64,000 nucleotides of DNA from Candidatus Moraniibacteriota bacterium. GTDB taxonomy: Bacteria > Patescibacteriota > Minisyncoccia > Moranbacterales > GCA-2747515. Positions within the stretch are counted from its first letter, which is position 1, and each line of letters begins with the position of its first letter. A model generated the notes under the pieces. The model saw only the letters and a program-made list of their open reading frames with translations, was not told where the DNA came from and searched no databases. Location: contig JAGLWU010000002.1 in the NCBI GenBank assembly GCA_023133275.1, positions 2,440 through 66,439 on the forward strand, in the 5' to 3' direction. The translations under genes were made by a program, and so were the position numbers. This document shows positions 20,552-30,903 of this stretch, piece by piece.

Positions 20552-21706
20552 TTATAAATCCCCAAATACGCCATCCTTTATTGACTTTTCCATTTCATCA
20601 CATTCAGACATTTCCACTACCTTTCCCCAATAATAACAATTATTCTTATCTTTGACATAAAGAAGTCCTATAAAATGAAAACTTTCTACATCTACACCTT
20701 CAAATATTTTTCCAATATCATATACACTATTTTTGTCTTTTAAATAACTTCCTCCCACATATTCTATGGTATATGGTTCAGCTCCTTCCACTATTTCATT
20801 TTTATAATACAAATTATTTTTATCTTTTGAATAATATTTTGCTTTTTCAAAACTTAAAATTTCAAAAGTATCTAAATCAACTCCTTCAATTTTATCATAA
20901 TCATCATAATAAATTTTACCGTATTTTTTTGTATAGTCATTATACAAATACATTTCTTTTAAACTATTTTTATCTAAAATATTTTTTTGATTTTGACATT
21001 CACTAAAATTAACTTTTTTTCCTTGAAAATAACAATTATTCCTATCCCTAGAATAATCATTTTCTAAAATTTCAAAACTATATACATCAGCTTCTTCTAT
21101 TTTTTTATTTAGATAATAAAAATTATTTTTATCCCTAGAATATTTACCATATAAATAAACTCTCTCCGCATTAACTTTATAATTTTCACATTTTTTTATA
21201 TTATCGACTTCTTTTTCCTCATGAAAACAATGTTTTTCATCCTTTGAATAATTATTTTTTAATATCTCAAAAGTATTTGGATCGCAATTATTTATTTTTA
21301 TGCTTTTATTTTTTAAGGGGAAATAACAATTATCTTTATCCTTTGTGTAATTAAGCTCTAGCAATTCGAAAGTATTTGGATCAGCTTCTTCTACTCTTGC
21401 ACATCCAGAATACACATTATTTTTGTCTTTAGTATAATCATCCCCTAAATATTCAAAAGTAACTGGATCTCCATTTTCCATTTTATTATTCCTGCAATAC
21501 ACGTTATTTTTGTCTTTCCCATAAATATCTTGAAAAACCTGGAAAGTTTCAGGATCAGCCCCTTCTATTTCCTGTCTTCCATAGTAAACACTATTTTTAC
21601 TTCTAACAAACATATCATTATCACTTATATTTTCTTTGTCAATATTAAAAATAAAACTGGAAATTGTACTAAAAATTATAAGTAACCACCAAAATATTAC
21701 CTCCAT
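20552..21706 (-). CDS. DKNYY-family repeat protein, membrane anchored
   Basis: N-terminal TM, then many repeats of (K/R)DKNNxY(Y/C/S) spaced about 25 aa apart. Confidence 0.6.
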   Translation of the reverse strand: MEVIFWWLLIIFSTISSFIFNIDKENISDNDMFVRSKNSVYYGRQEIEGADPETFQVFQDIYGKDKNNVYCRNNKMENGDPVTFEYLGDDYTKDKNNVYSGCARVEEADPNTFELLELNYTKDKDNCYFPLKNKSIKINNCDPNTFEILKNNYSKDEKHCFHEEKEVDNIKKCENYKVNAERVYLYGKYSRDKNNFYYLNKKIEEADVYSFEILENDYSRDRNNCYFQGKKVNFSECQNQKNILDKNSLKEMYLYNDYTKKYGKIYYDDYDKIEGVDLDTFEILSFEKAKYYSKDKNNLYYKNEIVEGAEPYTIEYVGGSYLKDKNSVYDIGKIFEGVDVESFHFIGLLYVKDKNNCYYWGKVVEMSECDEMEKSIKDGVFGDL

Positions 21707-21730
21707 AAATTTAAAATTAAATTATTTAAA

Positions 21731-21765
21731 AATTTTACAAAAAGCCACGAGATAAATCGTGGCTT
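21731..21765 (-). terminator. intrinsic terminator downstream of fusA
   Basis: Minus-strand reading: agccacgatttatctcgtggct followed by ttttgtaaaattttt. Confidence 0.55.
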
Positions 21766-21787
21766 TTCTCTCACAAACTAAAAAAGT

Positions 21788-23884
21788 TTATTTCTCTTCC
21801 CCCTTGCCATTCATAATCTCCTCAGCAACACTACGAGGAACCTCGCTATAATGACTAAACTCCATCGCATAATTAGCTCTCCCCTGAGTCATTGAACGCA
21901 ACTGAGTCGCATAACCAAACATAGCCGCCAAAGGAATCTCCGCATCAATCTCCTTCAATAAAGCATTTCCCTCACCACGATCATTCATTTCTTTAACAAG
22001 ACCTCGCTTAGAACTAATATCACCCACAACATCACCCATATAACCTTCAGGAGTAGTTACTTGAACTTTCATTATCGGTTCAAGAATAACAGGTTTAGCC
22101 TGTCTAACTGCTGCTTTAAATGCCATAGACCCTGCTACTTTGAAAGCCGCTTCTGATGAATCAACATCATGAAATGAACCATCATATAAAGTCGCTGACA
22201 CATCCACCATTGGAAATCCTGCCAACACACCATTATTCATCGCTTCTTCAATACCTTTTGCAGTCGGTTTAATAAATTCTTGGGGAATAACTCCACCTTT
22301 AATTTCATCAATAAATTTAAATCCTTCACCTTGCTCAAGCGGTGCGACTCTCACCCAACAATGACCATACTGACCACGTCCACCAGACTGACGAACAAAT
22401 TTTCCTTCAGCTTCTGATTCAGCCTTGATAGTTTCACGATAAGAAACTTGCGGTTGACCAATACTCGCCTCAACTTTAAATTCTCGCTTCAAACGATCAA
22501 TAATAATATCAAGATGTAATTCACCCATGCCAGAAATAATAGTTTGTCCAGATTCCTCATCTGTACGTACTCGAAAAGTTGGATCTTCTTCAGCTAATTT
22601 ACTTAAAGCAATTGCCATTTTTTCTTGATCAGCTTTTGTCTTTGGTTCAACTGCGATAGAAATAACTGGCTCTGGAAATTCAATTGATTCAAGAATTACT
22701 TGATTATCAGGATCACACAAAGTATCGCCAGTTTTAGTGTCTTTCATTCCAACTAATGCTCCAATTTCACCTGCATACAATTCTTCCACTTCTTCACGAT
22801 CATTAGAGTGCATCCGTAAAATACGTCCAACTCGTTCTTTTTTGCCACTAGTTACGTTGTAAATATATGAACCTGATTTTAAAGATCCAGCGTAAATTCG
22901 GAAAAATACCAATTGACCAACAAAAGGATCAGTAGCTACTTTAAAAGCTAAAGCTGCAAATGAACCCTCATCAGAGTGCTCTACTTTAATTTCTTTTTCT
23001 GAATCATCAGGATCAGTCCCAACGATAGCTGGCACATCAACTGGGGAAGGTAAATAATCAACTACTGCATCAAGAACTAATTGTACACCTTTATTTTGCA
23101 AAGCTGTTCCTGTGAAAACTGGAATTAATTTATTAGCAATCACTCCTTTTCGAATAGCACTTTTAATCTCTTCTTCAGCAAGTTCTTCACCGCCTAAATA
23201 TTTCTCCATCAAAGCATCATCATGCTCTACAGCTTTTTCGATTAATTTTTCTCTCCATTTATTTGCTTTTTCTTTCAATTCTTCAGGAATTTCACTTTCA
23301 ATAACTTTCTCTCCCATATCACCTTCAAAAGTAAATTTTTTCATTTTAACCAAATCAATAACTCCTTCAAATTCATCTCTTTCACCAACTGGCATCTGAG
23401 CAGGAATTGCATTTGGAGTTAATCGATCAAGAATTGACTGAAAAGCTCGATCAAAATCTGCTCCATTTTTATCAATTTTATTTATAAAACAAATTCGTGG
23501 AACTTCGTATTTGTCAGCTTGTCGCCAAACAGTTTCTGATTGTGGTTCAACACCTTCTTTTCCATCAAAAACTACAACACCTCCATCTAAAACACGCAAT
23601 GAACGCTCTACTTCTACTGTAAAATCTACGTGCCCCGGTGTGTCGATAATATTAACTTGGCAGTCTTTCCAAAAACAGGTTGTTGCTGCTGATGTAATTG
23701 TGATTCCTCGTTCTTGTTCTTGTTCCATCCAATCCATAGTTGCTTCTCCTTCGTGGACTTCACCGATTTTATGAGACATTCCTGTGTAGAACAGTACTCG
23801 TTCTGTTGTTGTGGTTTTACCTGCATCGATATGTGCGATAATTCCGATATTTCTTAATTTGTCAATTGATTTTTCCCTTGCCAT
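21788..23884 (-). CDS. fusA: elongation factor G
   Basis: [15 protein letters not shown] and a full five-domain EF-G. Stop codon TAA. Confidence 0.97.
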   Translation of the reverse strand: MAREKSIDKLRNIGIIAHIDAGKTTTTERVLFYTGMSHKIGEVHEGEATMDWMEQEQERGITITSAATTCFWKDCQVNIIDTPGHVDFTVEVERSLRVLDGGVVVFDGKEGVEPQSETVWRQADKYEVPRICFINKIDKNGADFDRAFQSILDRLTPNAIPAQMPVGERDEFEGVIDLVKMKKFTFEGDMGEKVIESEIPEELKEKANKWREKLIEKAVEHDDALMEKYLGGEELAEEEIKSAIRKGVIANKLIPVFTGTALQNKGVQLVLDAVVDYLPSPVDVPAIVGTDPDDSEKEIKVEHSDEGSFAALAFKVATDPFVGQLVFFRIYAGSLKSGSYIYNVTSGKKERVGRILRMHSNDREEVEELYAGEIGALVGMKDTKTGDTLCDPDNQVILESIEFPEPVISIAVEPKTKADQEKMAIALSKLAEEDPTFRVRTDEESGQTIISGMGELHLDIIIDRLKREFKVEASIGQPQVSYRETIKAESEAEGKFVRQSGGRGQYGHCWVRVAPLEQGEGFKFIDEIKGGVIPQEFIKPTAKGIEEAMNNGVLAGFPMVDVSATLYDGSFHDVDSSEAAFKVAGSMAFKAAVRQAKPVILEPIMKVQVTTPEGYMGDVVGDISSKRGLVKEMNDRGEGNALLKEIDAEIPLAAMFGYATQLRSMTQGRANYAMEFSHYSEVPRSVAEEIMNGKGEEK

Positions 23885-23919
23885 ATTTTTTTCTTATTAA
23901 ATGATTTTAATGTATAATT

Positions 23920-24813
23920 TTAAACTTGCTCAGTTGTTTCTTCTTTGCTTTCCAATTTCTCCATCTTATCACTTTCTTTTATTTCATCTTCCTCCACTTT
24001 ATTACTCTTATTATTTTTAATATGAAACAAATTTATTGAAAAGATTATTGAAAAAATTATAAATGTAGAAAAAGGCATATTCATCTCTATAAAAAGCGAG
24101 AATAATTCAATAGGCAAAACAATAAAATAAAAATTCAAAATTATCTCATAAGATTTTCCATAACTAATCTTATTGTTTATAATCAAACAAATTAAGAAAA
24201 GTAGCAAAGCCCACCATAGAGCAGTCAACAATCTAAAAATTGCTAAAAATAAAAAAATTAGAACAAAAACTACAATATACAAAACAATCACACCTGCAAA
24301 AAAATAGTCATTAAAATATTTTTCAATCTCTTTAAATTTTACAGAAAAATTTGGAGCTTCATGATTTTTATATACAACTGTTTCATAACTAATATTGTCA
24401 TTATCTTTTGAATATAATTTGTCTTTTAAAAGAATTAGACCTGATTCATATTCATTTAGAATTTCTGGATCATTTTCCTTATTTTTATTAGTATCAATAA
24501 CCAACAAAAAACTTTTATCTTCAGCTGAATATACAAAAGGTTCCTGTATTTCATTAGTAGATAACTGACCATCTTTCATAGTAAGTTCAGCATCTTTGGA
24601 AATAACTTCATTATTAAAAATTTCATCAGCCATTAAAGAAATTTCTTTTTGAACAACAAAAACAATATAAAAAGAAATTGTAAATGAAAATATTACACTA
24701 AAAATAATCCAAAACCAAATAGTTGTATTTGTAGTTTTTTCTTTTGATGTTGTAAGTTTATGTAGAAAATCAGACTTCCATACATCCACAAAACGTTGTA
24801 AAACTTTTTTCAT
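23920..24813 (-). CDS. hypothetical polytopic membrane protein inserted between rpsG and fusA
   Basis: 297-aa ORF with four or more TM segments and an acidic C-terminal tail. No recognisable motif. Confidence 0.5.
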   Translation of the reverse strand: MKKVLQRFVDVWKSDFLHKLTTSKEKTTNTTIWFWIIFSVIFSFTISFYIVFVVQKEISLMADEIFNNEVISKDAELTMKDGQLSTNEIQEPFVYSAEDKSFLLVIDTNKNKENDPEILNEYESGLILLKDKLYSKDNDNISYETVVYKNHEAPNFSVKFKEIEKYFNDYFFAGVIVLYIVVFVLIFLFLAIFRLLTALWWALLLFLICLIINNKISYGKSYEIILNFYFIVLPIELFSLFIEMNMPFSTFIIFSIIFSINLFHIKNNKSNKVEEDEIKESDKMEKLESKEETTEQV

Positions 24814-24917
24814 ATTATTAATTAAAAATTACTTAAGAGGTCTATAAAAAACAAAAGATTTTTATGTGTAAAATTAAATAAAATTCATATACATAAAAAT
24901 CTTTTATAAACACGGAT

Positions 24918-25148
24918 TTAAGCAGAAGATCCAACAGAAATCATTATAAACATGATGATCATAAAAAAATAAAGAATGAAAAAAGGAATACTGACAATTA
25001 AACTCGCAACCATCGCATACCCATAAACTGCAAAAGCCCTTTTTAAAAAATTATCCGAATTCAACCATCCTTTATAGCTATGAGTATCTATTTTTTTAGT
25101 TGTCTGCAGTTGTACTTCTTCTTGTTTATTTTGGCTATCTTGTTCCAT
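24918..25148 (-). CDS. small membrane protein (76 aa)
   Basis: A single C-terminal TM segment (YAMVASLIVSIPFFILYFFMIIMFIMISV). Position within the operon supports it being expressed. Confidence 0.35.
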   Translation of the reverse strand: MEQDSQNKQEEVQLQTTKKIDTHSYKGWLNSDNFLKRAFAVYGYAMVASLIVSIPFFILYFFMIIMFIMISVGSSA

Positions 25149-25165
25149 AAATTTTTAAATTGAAA

Positions 25166-25633
25166 TTAAGCAAAATGAGCAAAAGCCTTATTTGCATCAG
25201 CCATTCGGTGAGTCTCATCTCGTTTTTTCATCGCACCACCATCTTTTTCAGCCGCAGCCAAAAGCTCTTCAGCCAATATTTCAGCAAAGCCCTTCCCTTT
25301 CTTATTTCGACAAACCTCTCGAATCCACCGCATTGCTAAAGTCTGCCTTTTATCCCCAACAACTGGAATTGGAACTTGATAATTAGCTCCACCAATTCTC
25401 CTTGATTTAAGAGAAACTAATGGCGAAACATTTTTAATCGCTTGTTCAAAAACATTCAAGCCACCTTTTTTAGTTTTTTCATGAATAATATCAAAAGCAT
25501 CGTAAACCAATCTTTCCGCAGTTGATCTTTTTCCACCTTTCATAATTTGACCAACAAATCGTCCTACTAACATATTGTTATAAATAGGATCAGGTTTCCA
25601 TGATTTTTTGAATTTTCTTTTACGTCTAGGCAT
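25166..25633 (-). CDS. rpsG: 30S ribosomal protein S7
   Basis: MPRRKRKFKKSWKPDPIYNN...VPIPV typical of S7. Confidence 0.95.
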   Translation of the reverse strand: MPRRKRKFKKSWKPDPIYNNMLVGRFVGQIMKGGKRSTAERLVYDAFDIIHEKTKKGGLNVFEQAIKNVSPLVSLKSRRIGGANYQVPIPVVGDKRQTLAMRWIREVCRNKKGKGFAEILAEELLAAAEKDGGAMKKRDETHRMADANKAFAHFA

Positions 25634-25677
25634 AGTTATATATAGAAATTACTTACTAAAATTTATTTGCTAAAAAA

Positions 25678-26097
25678 TTATTTGTTATCTTTAGGTTTTT
25701 TAGCACCATACTTTGATCGCCCTCGACGACGATCTTCCACTCCAGCACAGTCAAGAACACCTCGAACAACGTGATAACGAACACCTGGCAAATCCTTAAC
25801 TCGACCACCTCTAATCATTACGATTGAATGCTCTTGTAAATTATGTCCAATTCCCCCAATGTACGCTGTAACTTCCATACCGTTAGTAAGTTTCACACGA
25901 GCAATTTTTCGCAACGCTGAATTAGGTTTTTTAGGAGTAACAGTTGAAACCTTAAGACAAACTCCTCGCTTAAAAGGACTTTGTGATTTAACTGACTTAT
26001 TTTTATGTGTATTAAACACGGTTGTCATCGCAGGAGCCTTGTTTTTTTTCTCTTTACTTTTACGAGGCTTGCGTTTTAATTGATTGATTGTAGGCAC
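25678..26097 (-). CDS. rpsL: 30S ribosomal protein S12, with an N-terminal insertion of about 20 aa
   Basis: MPTINQL...[31 protein letters not shown]. The extra [21 protein letters not shown] segment makes it 139 aa against the usual 124. Confidence 0.95.
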   Translation of the reverse strand: MPTINQLKRKPRKSKEKKNKAPAMTTVFNTHKNKSVKSQSPFKRGVCLKVSTVTPKKPNSALRKIARVKLTNGMEVTAYIGGIGHNLQEHSIVMIRGGRVKDLPGVRYHVVRGVLDCAGVEDRRRGRSKYGAKKPKDNK

Positions 26098-26193
26098 AGT
26101 AAATAAATTTAAATTTTATTAAAAAAGCAACTCTTTTTGTTTATTTGGAATCAAAATATAAACAAAAATAACTAGTTTCGACTAGTAATTACT

Positions 26194-26222
26194 AATATAT
26201 ACTTTATTTTTAATTTTGTCAA
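26194..26222 (-). promoter_or_regulatory. candidate sigma-70 promoter of the str operon (-35 TTGACA, 17-bp spacer, -10 TATATT)
   Basis: Minus-strand reading: ttgacaaaattaaaaataaagtatatatt, about 95 bp upstream of the rpsL ATG. Confidence 0.3.
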
Positions 26223-26232
26223 ACGGATTCAA

Positions 26233-26405
26233 GTGCTCGCCGCACGGGCTTTTCACCATTTCTCATTCATATCATTCCGGAAAATATATTTTCTTTCATA
26301 GTGCAACGATGAAATAGAAAATAATTTATCCGGAATCTTTACTCTAAGTTCAAATAAAACCTAAAGCAAAACTTTCTTCCGAGATCCTGAATAAATTTTT
26401 TTAAG
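26233..26405. repeat. composite repeat: GTGCTCGCCGCACGGGCTTTT module plus a TCATTCCGGAAAATA long hairpin element ending in AAGATGACA
   Basis: A stem of about 26 bp (attccggaaaatatattttctttcat / atgaaatagaaaataatttatccggaat), then cttccgagatcctgaataaat. Confidence 0.7.
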
Positions 26406-26435
26406 ATGACACACTAACTAGTTACGAATTACCGA

Positions 26436-26942
26436 TTATTCGTTACTTTCCCTCGCCATCTCAATTGCTTTCACTTCCTCATCTGTCAATTTATACTTTT
26501 CACTTTCACCTTTAATCACTGGTTTTGAATAAACCCGTGTTCCTTCTCGTGTGTGCATTGATGAAATTACTAAACCATTGTCTTGACTATCTAAAAATGT
26601 CGCCACGAAACTTTGATCGCCTCCTAAATCTTTAAACGGATTGAAACGCAAAACTGAAAAACGACTTAATCCTTTTTGTGATAAAGAATTTATTTTATTA
26701 GAAATATCGAAAAGTTCTTGAATTTCTTTATCGAAATGTTTTATTTTGTCGTTATTGTCTAAAATGATTTGTTCTAAATCTTTTCCTTTTTTTCCACGAA
26801 AAAGTAATTTTAATTTTTTGTTATTCTTTCGATTTTGTAAAAAGAAGATTAGAGACAAAATTAAAGACACCAGACTTATTGATAAGGCTATTATTGCAAT
26901 CATTCCAACATTATTTTCATTTATAAAATAGAAATTTTTCAT
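26436..26942 (-). CDS. membrane-anchored hypothetical protein (DUF4446-like)
   Basis: N-terminal TM, conserved-looking C-terminal region SRFSVLRFNPFKDLGGDQSFVATFLD. Confidence 0.5.
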   Translation of the reverse strand: MKNFYFINENNVGMIAIIALSISLVSLILSLIFFLQNRKNNKKLKLLFRGKKGKDLEQIILDNNDKIKHFDKEIQELFDISNKINSLSQKGLSRFSVLRFNPFKDLGGDQSFVATFLDSQDNGLVISSMHTREGTRVYSKPVIKGESEKYKLTDEEVKAIEMARESNE

Positions 26943-27032
26943 AATTTCTTTGTACTAGTTGATTGTATTGAGATTATCATTTAAAAGGGGGTTTGTAAAG
27001 GTTTTTTTGAGGAATTATAAATTGGGCTTGAC

Positions 27033-27058
27033 ATAATAATAATAATAATAATAATAAT
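27033..27058. repeat. (AAT) microsatellite, about 8.7 units
   Basis: ataataataataataataataataat. Confidence 0.9.
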
Positions 27059-27138
27059 GTATGATGAACTATTAGTTTTTAGTTTAAAAGTGGAATAAAT
27101 AATTATTCCCGCTAAAAATTAATAAAAAAAGGAAAAAA

Positions 27139-27393
27139 ATGAGAGTACTATTTACTCTTTTGACGATGATTTTAATCGCCACTGTCCAGTCCTGTTGGGC
27201 AGGCGATCTTGAAGATACTAAAAATTCCGTCCCGATAGAAAAAGATGGAATGGTCATTTCTGACATCCCATTACCTAAAGAAGAAAAAGAAGAAGAAAAT
27301 CCTCTTGTGATAATTACTCCCCAAAATTTATTCCTGCAAAGTGCAGGAATATTACCAAAAATGATTTTTTCGAAAAAAACTGAGGAGGACTAA
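27139..27393 (+). CDS. small secreted protein (84 aa) with a signal peptide
   Basis: MRVLFTLLTMILIATVQSCWA signal-like N-terminus. GGA-type RBS 8 nt upstream. Preferred over the overlapping minus ORF 27084-27266. Confidence 0.35.
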   Translation: MRVLFTLLTMILIATVQSCWAGDLEDTKNSVPIEKDGMVISDIPLPKEEKEEENPLVIITPQNLFLQSAGILPKMIFSKKTEED

Positions 27394-27494
27394 ACTGTAG
27401 CCAGCGAGAGAATCTTGATAGATTTTCCGCTGGTTTTTTATTTGTCAAAAACCCAAAATTTGCCTAAAACTCACTTTAACGCTAAAATAATTCC

Positions 27495-28196
27495 ATGAAT
27501 GAATACACAATAAAACTAAAGAAAAAACAAAAAGTCGCAGAAGAAACTTGGATGTTTACTTTTCAAAAACCTGCCGATTTAAAATTTCAAGCAGGACAAT
27601 ACGCCATGTTAGAAATTATCGAAGAACGTTTTACCGACGACCGACCAAAATTCCGAGCCATGTCCATCGCCTCCGCACCGCAAGACAATCACCTAGATTT
27701 CATCATGCGAGAAAGTGAAAGTGCTTTTAAAAAAAATATTACCACTTTAGAAATTGGAAAAGAAATAAAAATAAAAGCCCCAATTGGACATTTCAGTTTA
27801 CCTGAAGATAAAAATAAAAAAATAGTTTTCCTAACCGCTGGCGTTGGAATTACACCCATTCGCTCAATTTTAAGAGAAGAGGAGTTGAAAAAATCTGAAC
27901 GAAAAATTACTTTATTTTACTCAAATCGAAATGTTGAAAGTGCTGCTCTTTACAAAGAAATGGAAAAATTTAAATTAAAAAATTACAAGTGTGTTAACAC
28001 AATGACTAGAAAATGTACCAACTGGAATGGCGAGTATGGTAGAATTAATGATGAGATGATAAGCAAGTACCTTGACGAAGTGGAAAATTCGTTATATTAT
28101 GTTGTAGGGACTAAAAAATTTATTGAAGCGATGAGAAAAACGCTTACAGAAATGAAAGTTGAAAAAGAAAATATTATTTTTGACAATTTTGGTTAG
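27495..28196 (+). CDS. FAD/NAD(P)-binding oxidoreductase, ferredoxin-NADP reductase-like
   Basis: RAMSIAS (RxYS-like FAD motif) and FLTAGVGITPIRS (NAD-binding GxGxxP). Confidence 0.65.
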   Translation: MNEYTIKLKKKQKVAEETWMFTFQKPADLKFQAGQYAMLEIIEERFTDDRPKFRAMSIASAPQDNHLDFIMRESESAFKKNITTLEIGKEIKIKAPIGHFSLPEDKNKKIVFLTAGVGITPIRSILREEELKKSERKITLFYSNRNVESAALYKEMEKFKLKNYKCVNTMTRKCTNWNGEYGRINDEMISKYLDEVENSLYYVVGTKKFIEAMRKTLTEMKVEKENIIFDNFG

Positions 28197-28242
28197 AAAA
28201 TAATTTTAAAATAAAGAGTTTTGAAAGTAAAAAGTTAGACAA

Positions 28243-28315
28243 GCGGGTGTCGTATAGTGGCTTATTATGCCAGCCTTCCAAGCTGAGGACGAGGGTTCGA
28301 TTCCCTTCACCCGCT
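28243..28315 (+). tRNA. tRNA-Gly (anticodon TCC)
   Basis: GCGGGTG acceptor paired with CACCCGC, T-arm GAGGG/TTCGATT/CCCTT, anticodon loop CTTCCAA. Confidence 0.7.
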
Positions 28316-28327
28316 CAGAGATAATAA

Positions 28328-28357
28328 AAACAGTCTGTAAAAAGGCTGTTTTATTTT
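28328..28357 (+). terminator. weak hairpin plus T-run downstream of tRNA-Gly
   Basis: aacagtctgtaaaaaggctgttttatttt. Confidence 0.35.
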
Positions 28358-28370
28358 GCAAAAAATCACA

Positions 28371-28672
28371 AACAAGGGGTCATGACCCCTTGTTCAATTT
28401 CTAAAATTTTCCTGTCATTCTGAACGAAGTAATTTTTTGTAAAAAAAATTACGTAGTGAAGAATCCCCCACAGAAAATTAGAAAACTTCTATTTTTCAAG
28501 ATTTTAAACCCCTACAAAATTGTACAAATTCCCAAACATGTCATTCCGGAAAATAATTTTGGAGTGAAACGAAGAAATTATTTATCCGGAATCTATAAAT
28601 TAAGTTTAAAGAAAATTTAAAGCATAATATTCTTCCGAGATCCTGAATAAATCATTTCATTTTTCAAGATGA
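28371..28672. repeat. composite repeat region: 20-bp palindrome CAAGGGGTCATGACCCCTTG plus TGTCATTCTGAACG module plus TGTCATTCCGGAAAATA hairpin element
   Basis: Modules shared with 8079-8215, 14056-14275, 26233-26405, 36026-36158 and 50530-50790. Confidence 0.7.
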
Positions 28673-28676
28673 CAAA

Positions 28677-28726
28677 ATGTCTAATTATCTAAAAATCTAC
28701 CGTTCTACAAGTCTAAATTAGATTTC
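28677..28726. repeat. TCTA 8-bp phased array (5 units), upstream of the ZIP transporter gene
   Basis: tctaatta tctaaaaa tctaccgt tctacaag tctaaatt; a TATAAT lies 6 bp downstream. Confidence 0.6.
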
Positions 28727-28777
28727 TTTTCTATAATTTGTTAAAATAAAGTTATAACTCAATTAATTATTAAAAAT

Positions 28778-29551
28778 ATGGATCTCAACACTCTCGTTTA
28801 TTTAGCAATATCAATACTGATAGTAATCACCGTCTCAATTTCTGGCGTCTTTTTTATTCAAAAAAATCTGAAAAAGTTTTTAGATAAAAATTTACACTAT
28901 TTAATATCTTTTTCCGCTGGAGTATTTTGTTTACTATCTTATGAAATGTTTCATGAAGCTGAACATATTTTAGATAATTTTAAATATGCAATCTTATCTT
29001 TTGCAACGGGTTTTTTCGGAATTTTCATAATAACTAAAATATTACCTCAAATTCACGAACATCATGATTCTTGCTGCGATCACTCTCATAAAAATAAAAT
29101 TGAAGCAAAAAAAATCCTAATTGGTGATGCTTTTCATAATGTCGGTGATGGAATTATTTTGACAACTGCTTTTTTAACTTCTCTCCCCTTAGGCTTAGCT
29201 GTTTCTCTTTCTGTGATTATTCATGAGTTTTTGCAGGAAATTTCAGAGTTTTTTGTTTTAAAAGAAGCTGGTTTTTCCACCAAAAAAGCACTTGTTTATA
29301 ATTTTTTAGTTTCTTTAACGATTATTATTGGTGTAATAATAGCTCTGCTTTTTTCTAATTTAAATTCGATAAATGGAATAATAATTGGAATAACTTCAGG
29401 AATATTTTTTAATACTGTAATTGTTGATTTAATTCCGCATGGTTTTAAAAAGAAAAAACATAGTGATTCTAAATTGATTCATATTAGTTTGTTATTTTTT
29501 GGGATATTATTTATGTTTTTGATTTTGCATTCACTTGAGCATTCTCATTAA
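28778..29551 (+). CDS. ZIP family zinc transporter (ZupT-like)
   Basis: HNVGDG and HEFLQE motifs, His-rich loop HEHHDSCCDHSH, eight predicted TM helices. Confidence 0.8.
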   Translation: MDLNTLVYLAISILIVITVSISGVFFIQKNLKKFLDKNLHYLISFSAGVFCLLSYEMFHEAEHILDNFKYAILSFATGFFGIFIITKILPQIHEHHDSCCDHSHKNKIEAKKILIGDAFHNVGDGIILTTAFLTSLPLGLAVSLSVIIHEFLQEISEFFVLKEAGFSTKKALVYNFLVSLTIIIGVIIALLFSNLNSINGIIIGITSGIFFNTVIVDLIPHGFKKKKHSDSKLIHISLLFFGILFMFLILHSLEHSH

Positions 29552-29620
29552 ATTTAAAAAGCGACAGTTTTCTTTACTAGAAAACTGTCGCAATAAAGAC
29601 ATGCTACATAGAAACAAACT

Positions 29621-29944
29621 TTAAAAGAAGTCCGCTTTGCAAGGCTCTTCTGAAAATCTTAATCCACGAGAGACTGATTTGTTATCCCAACTCACAACAT
29701 AATCCTCTCCTTCTATGTAGCCAATGCAGGCTATACCCACACTTCTAGTTCCCTCTACATAAAAAATTTCTTCTTTTTGAAAAGAGTTACGGTTTTTCAA
29801 ATAAATAATGACATCGGTAATCTGGAGTTGAGATGCTCCAATTTTCATAGCTACTGCACACTTATCCATATCTCCACTTGCATGAAAAACTAACTTAAAA
29901 CCTTTGGGCAGACTTATGGCGTCGTACCAATTTTCATTCTTCAT
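29621..29944 (-). CDS. hypothetical protein (107 aa); start moved to MKNENWYD, which has an AAGGGG RBS
   Basis: GC-richer than neighbours. No recognisable motif. Confidence 0.4.
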   Translation of the reverse strand: MKNENWYDAISLPKGFKLVFHASGDMDKCAVAMKIGASQLQITDVIIYLKNRNSFQKEEIFYVEGTRSVGIACIGYIEGEDYVVSWDNKSVSRGLRFSEEPCKADFF

Positions 29945-30019
29945 ATTACACCCCTTTTTAGAATTAAAGAACAAATTTTCCCCTACCACTCAATTAATAA
30001 AGAAATTTTAGTCTATCAA

Positions 30020-30037
30020 AAGAAGAAGAAGAAGAAG
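30020..30037. repeat. (AAG) x6 microsatellite
   Basis: aagaagaagaagaagaag. Confidence 0.9.
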
Positions 30038-30153
30038 TCAAACGAAAAAATTTTATAATTTTCAAACCATTGACTAGACACCAATAAAAGTGCATAATTA
30101 AAACATTAACTCAAAACGTTATTCAATAAATTTAACTAATAAAAAATACACTT

Positions 30154-30894
30154 ATGGGATTTTACAATACAGTTATTTATCAGCCTATTTACAACCTGCT
30201 AATTTTTTTATACTCAATTTTAGGAAGTGATTTAGGTTTAGCTATTATCGCACTGACTGTCATAATTAAATTAATTTTCATACCACTTTCTAAAAAACAA
30301 ATCGAATCGCAAAAAGAACTTCAAAAAGTACAGCCTAAAATTAAAGAGCTGCAGGCAAAATACAAAGACGACAAAGAAACTCAGTCAAAAGAAATGATGA
30401 AATTATACAAAGAGCATAAAATCAATCCTGCTGCTGGTTGCTTGCCGTTGATTATTCAAATGGTAGTTTTTATAACCATGTATAAAATTATCAATAAATT
30501 AACTGAAAATTTCCAAGTTGATTTAAGTAGTCTATACAACTTCATTTCTCATCCTGAAAGCGTAGGGAAAATGTTTATGGGATTTTTAAATTTATCTACT
30601 CCAAGTATTCCTCTGGCTATTGTTACTGCTGGTCTGCAATATTATCAAATTAAAATGATGCAACAGAAAAATGCGAAAACTAAAGTTGTTACTGAGCCTA
30701 AAAAAGATGGTACACCCGATATTGCTACAATTATGTCAAAACAAATGTTAATAGTTATTCCGATGATGACATTATTTATCGGCGCAACCTTTCCCTCAGG
30801 TCTGGCTCTTTATTGGTTTACATCTACGCTTTTCATAATAGTTCAACAGTGGATAGTTATGCACAAAGAAGCTGAAAAAGAAAATAATAAATAA
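30154..30894 (+). CDS. yidC: membrane protein insertase YidC (short form)
   Basis: 60-kDa inner-membrane-protein fold with conserved PLIIQMVVF and YWFTSTLFIIVQQ segments. Followed by jag. Confidence 0.85.
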   Translation: MGFYNTVIYQPIYNLLIFLYSILGSDLGLAIIALTVIIKLIFIPLSKKQIESQKELQKVQPKIKELQAKYKDDKETQSKEMMKLYKEHKINPAAGCLPLIIQMVVFITMYKIINKLTENFQVDLSSLYNFISHPESVGKMFMGFLNLSTPSIPLAIVTAGLQYYQIKMMQQKNAKTKVVTEPKKDGTPDIATIMSKQMLIVIPMMTLFIGATFPSGLALYWFTSTLFIIVQQWIVMHKEAEKENNK

Positions 30895-30903
30895 TTAAAA
30901 ATT

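Noticed and set aside
27084-27266. Minus-strand 60-aa ORF overlapping the small secreted-protein ORF, and the many 60-110-aa antisense ORFs inside conserved genes (for example 5313-5495, 6653-7078, 23112-23399, 58703-59326)
   Set aside because: They are embedded antisense in well-supported genes or repeats, have low-complexity translations and lack starts with plausible context. Treated as spurious.
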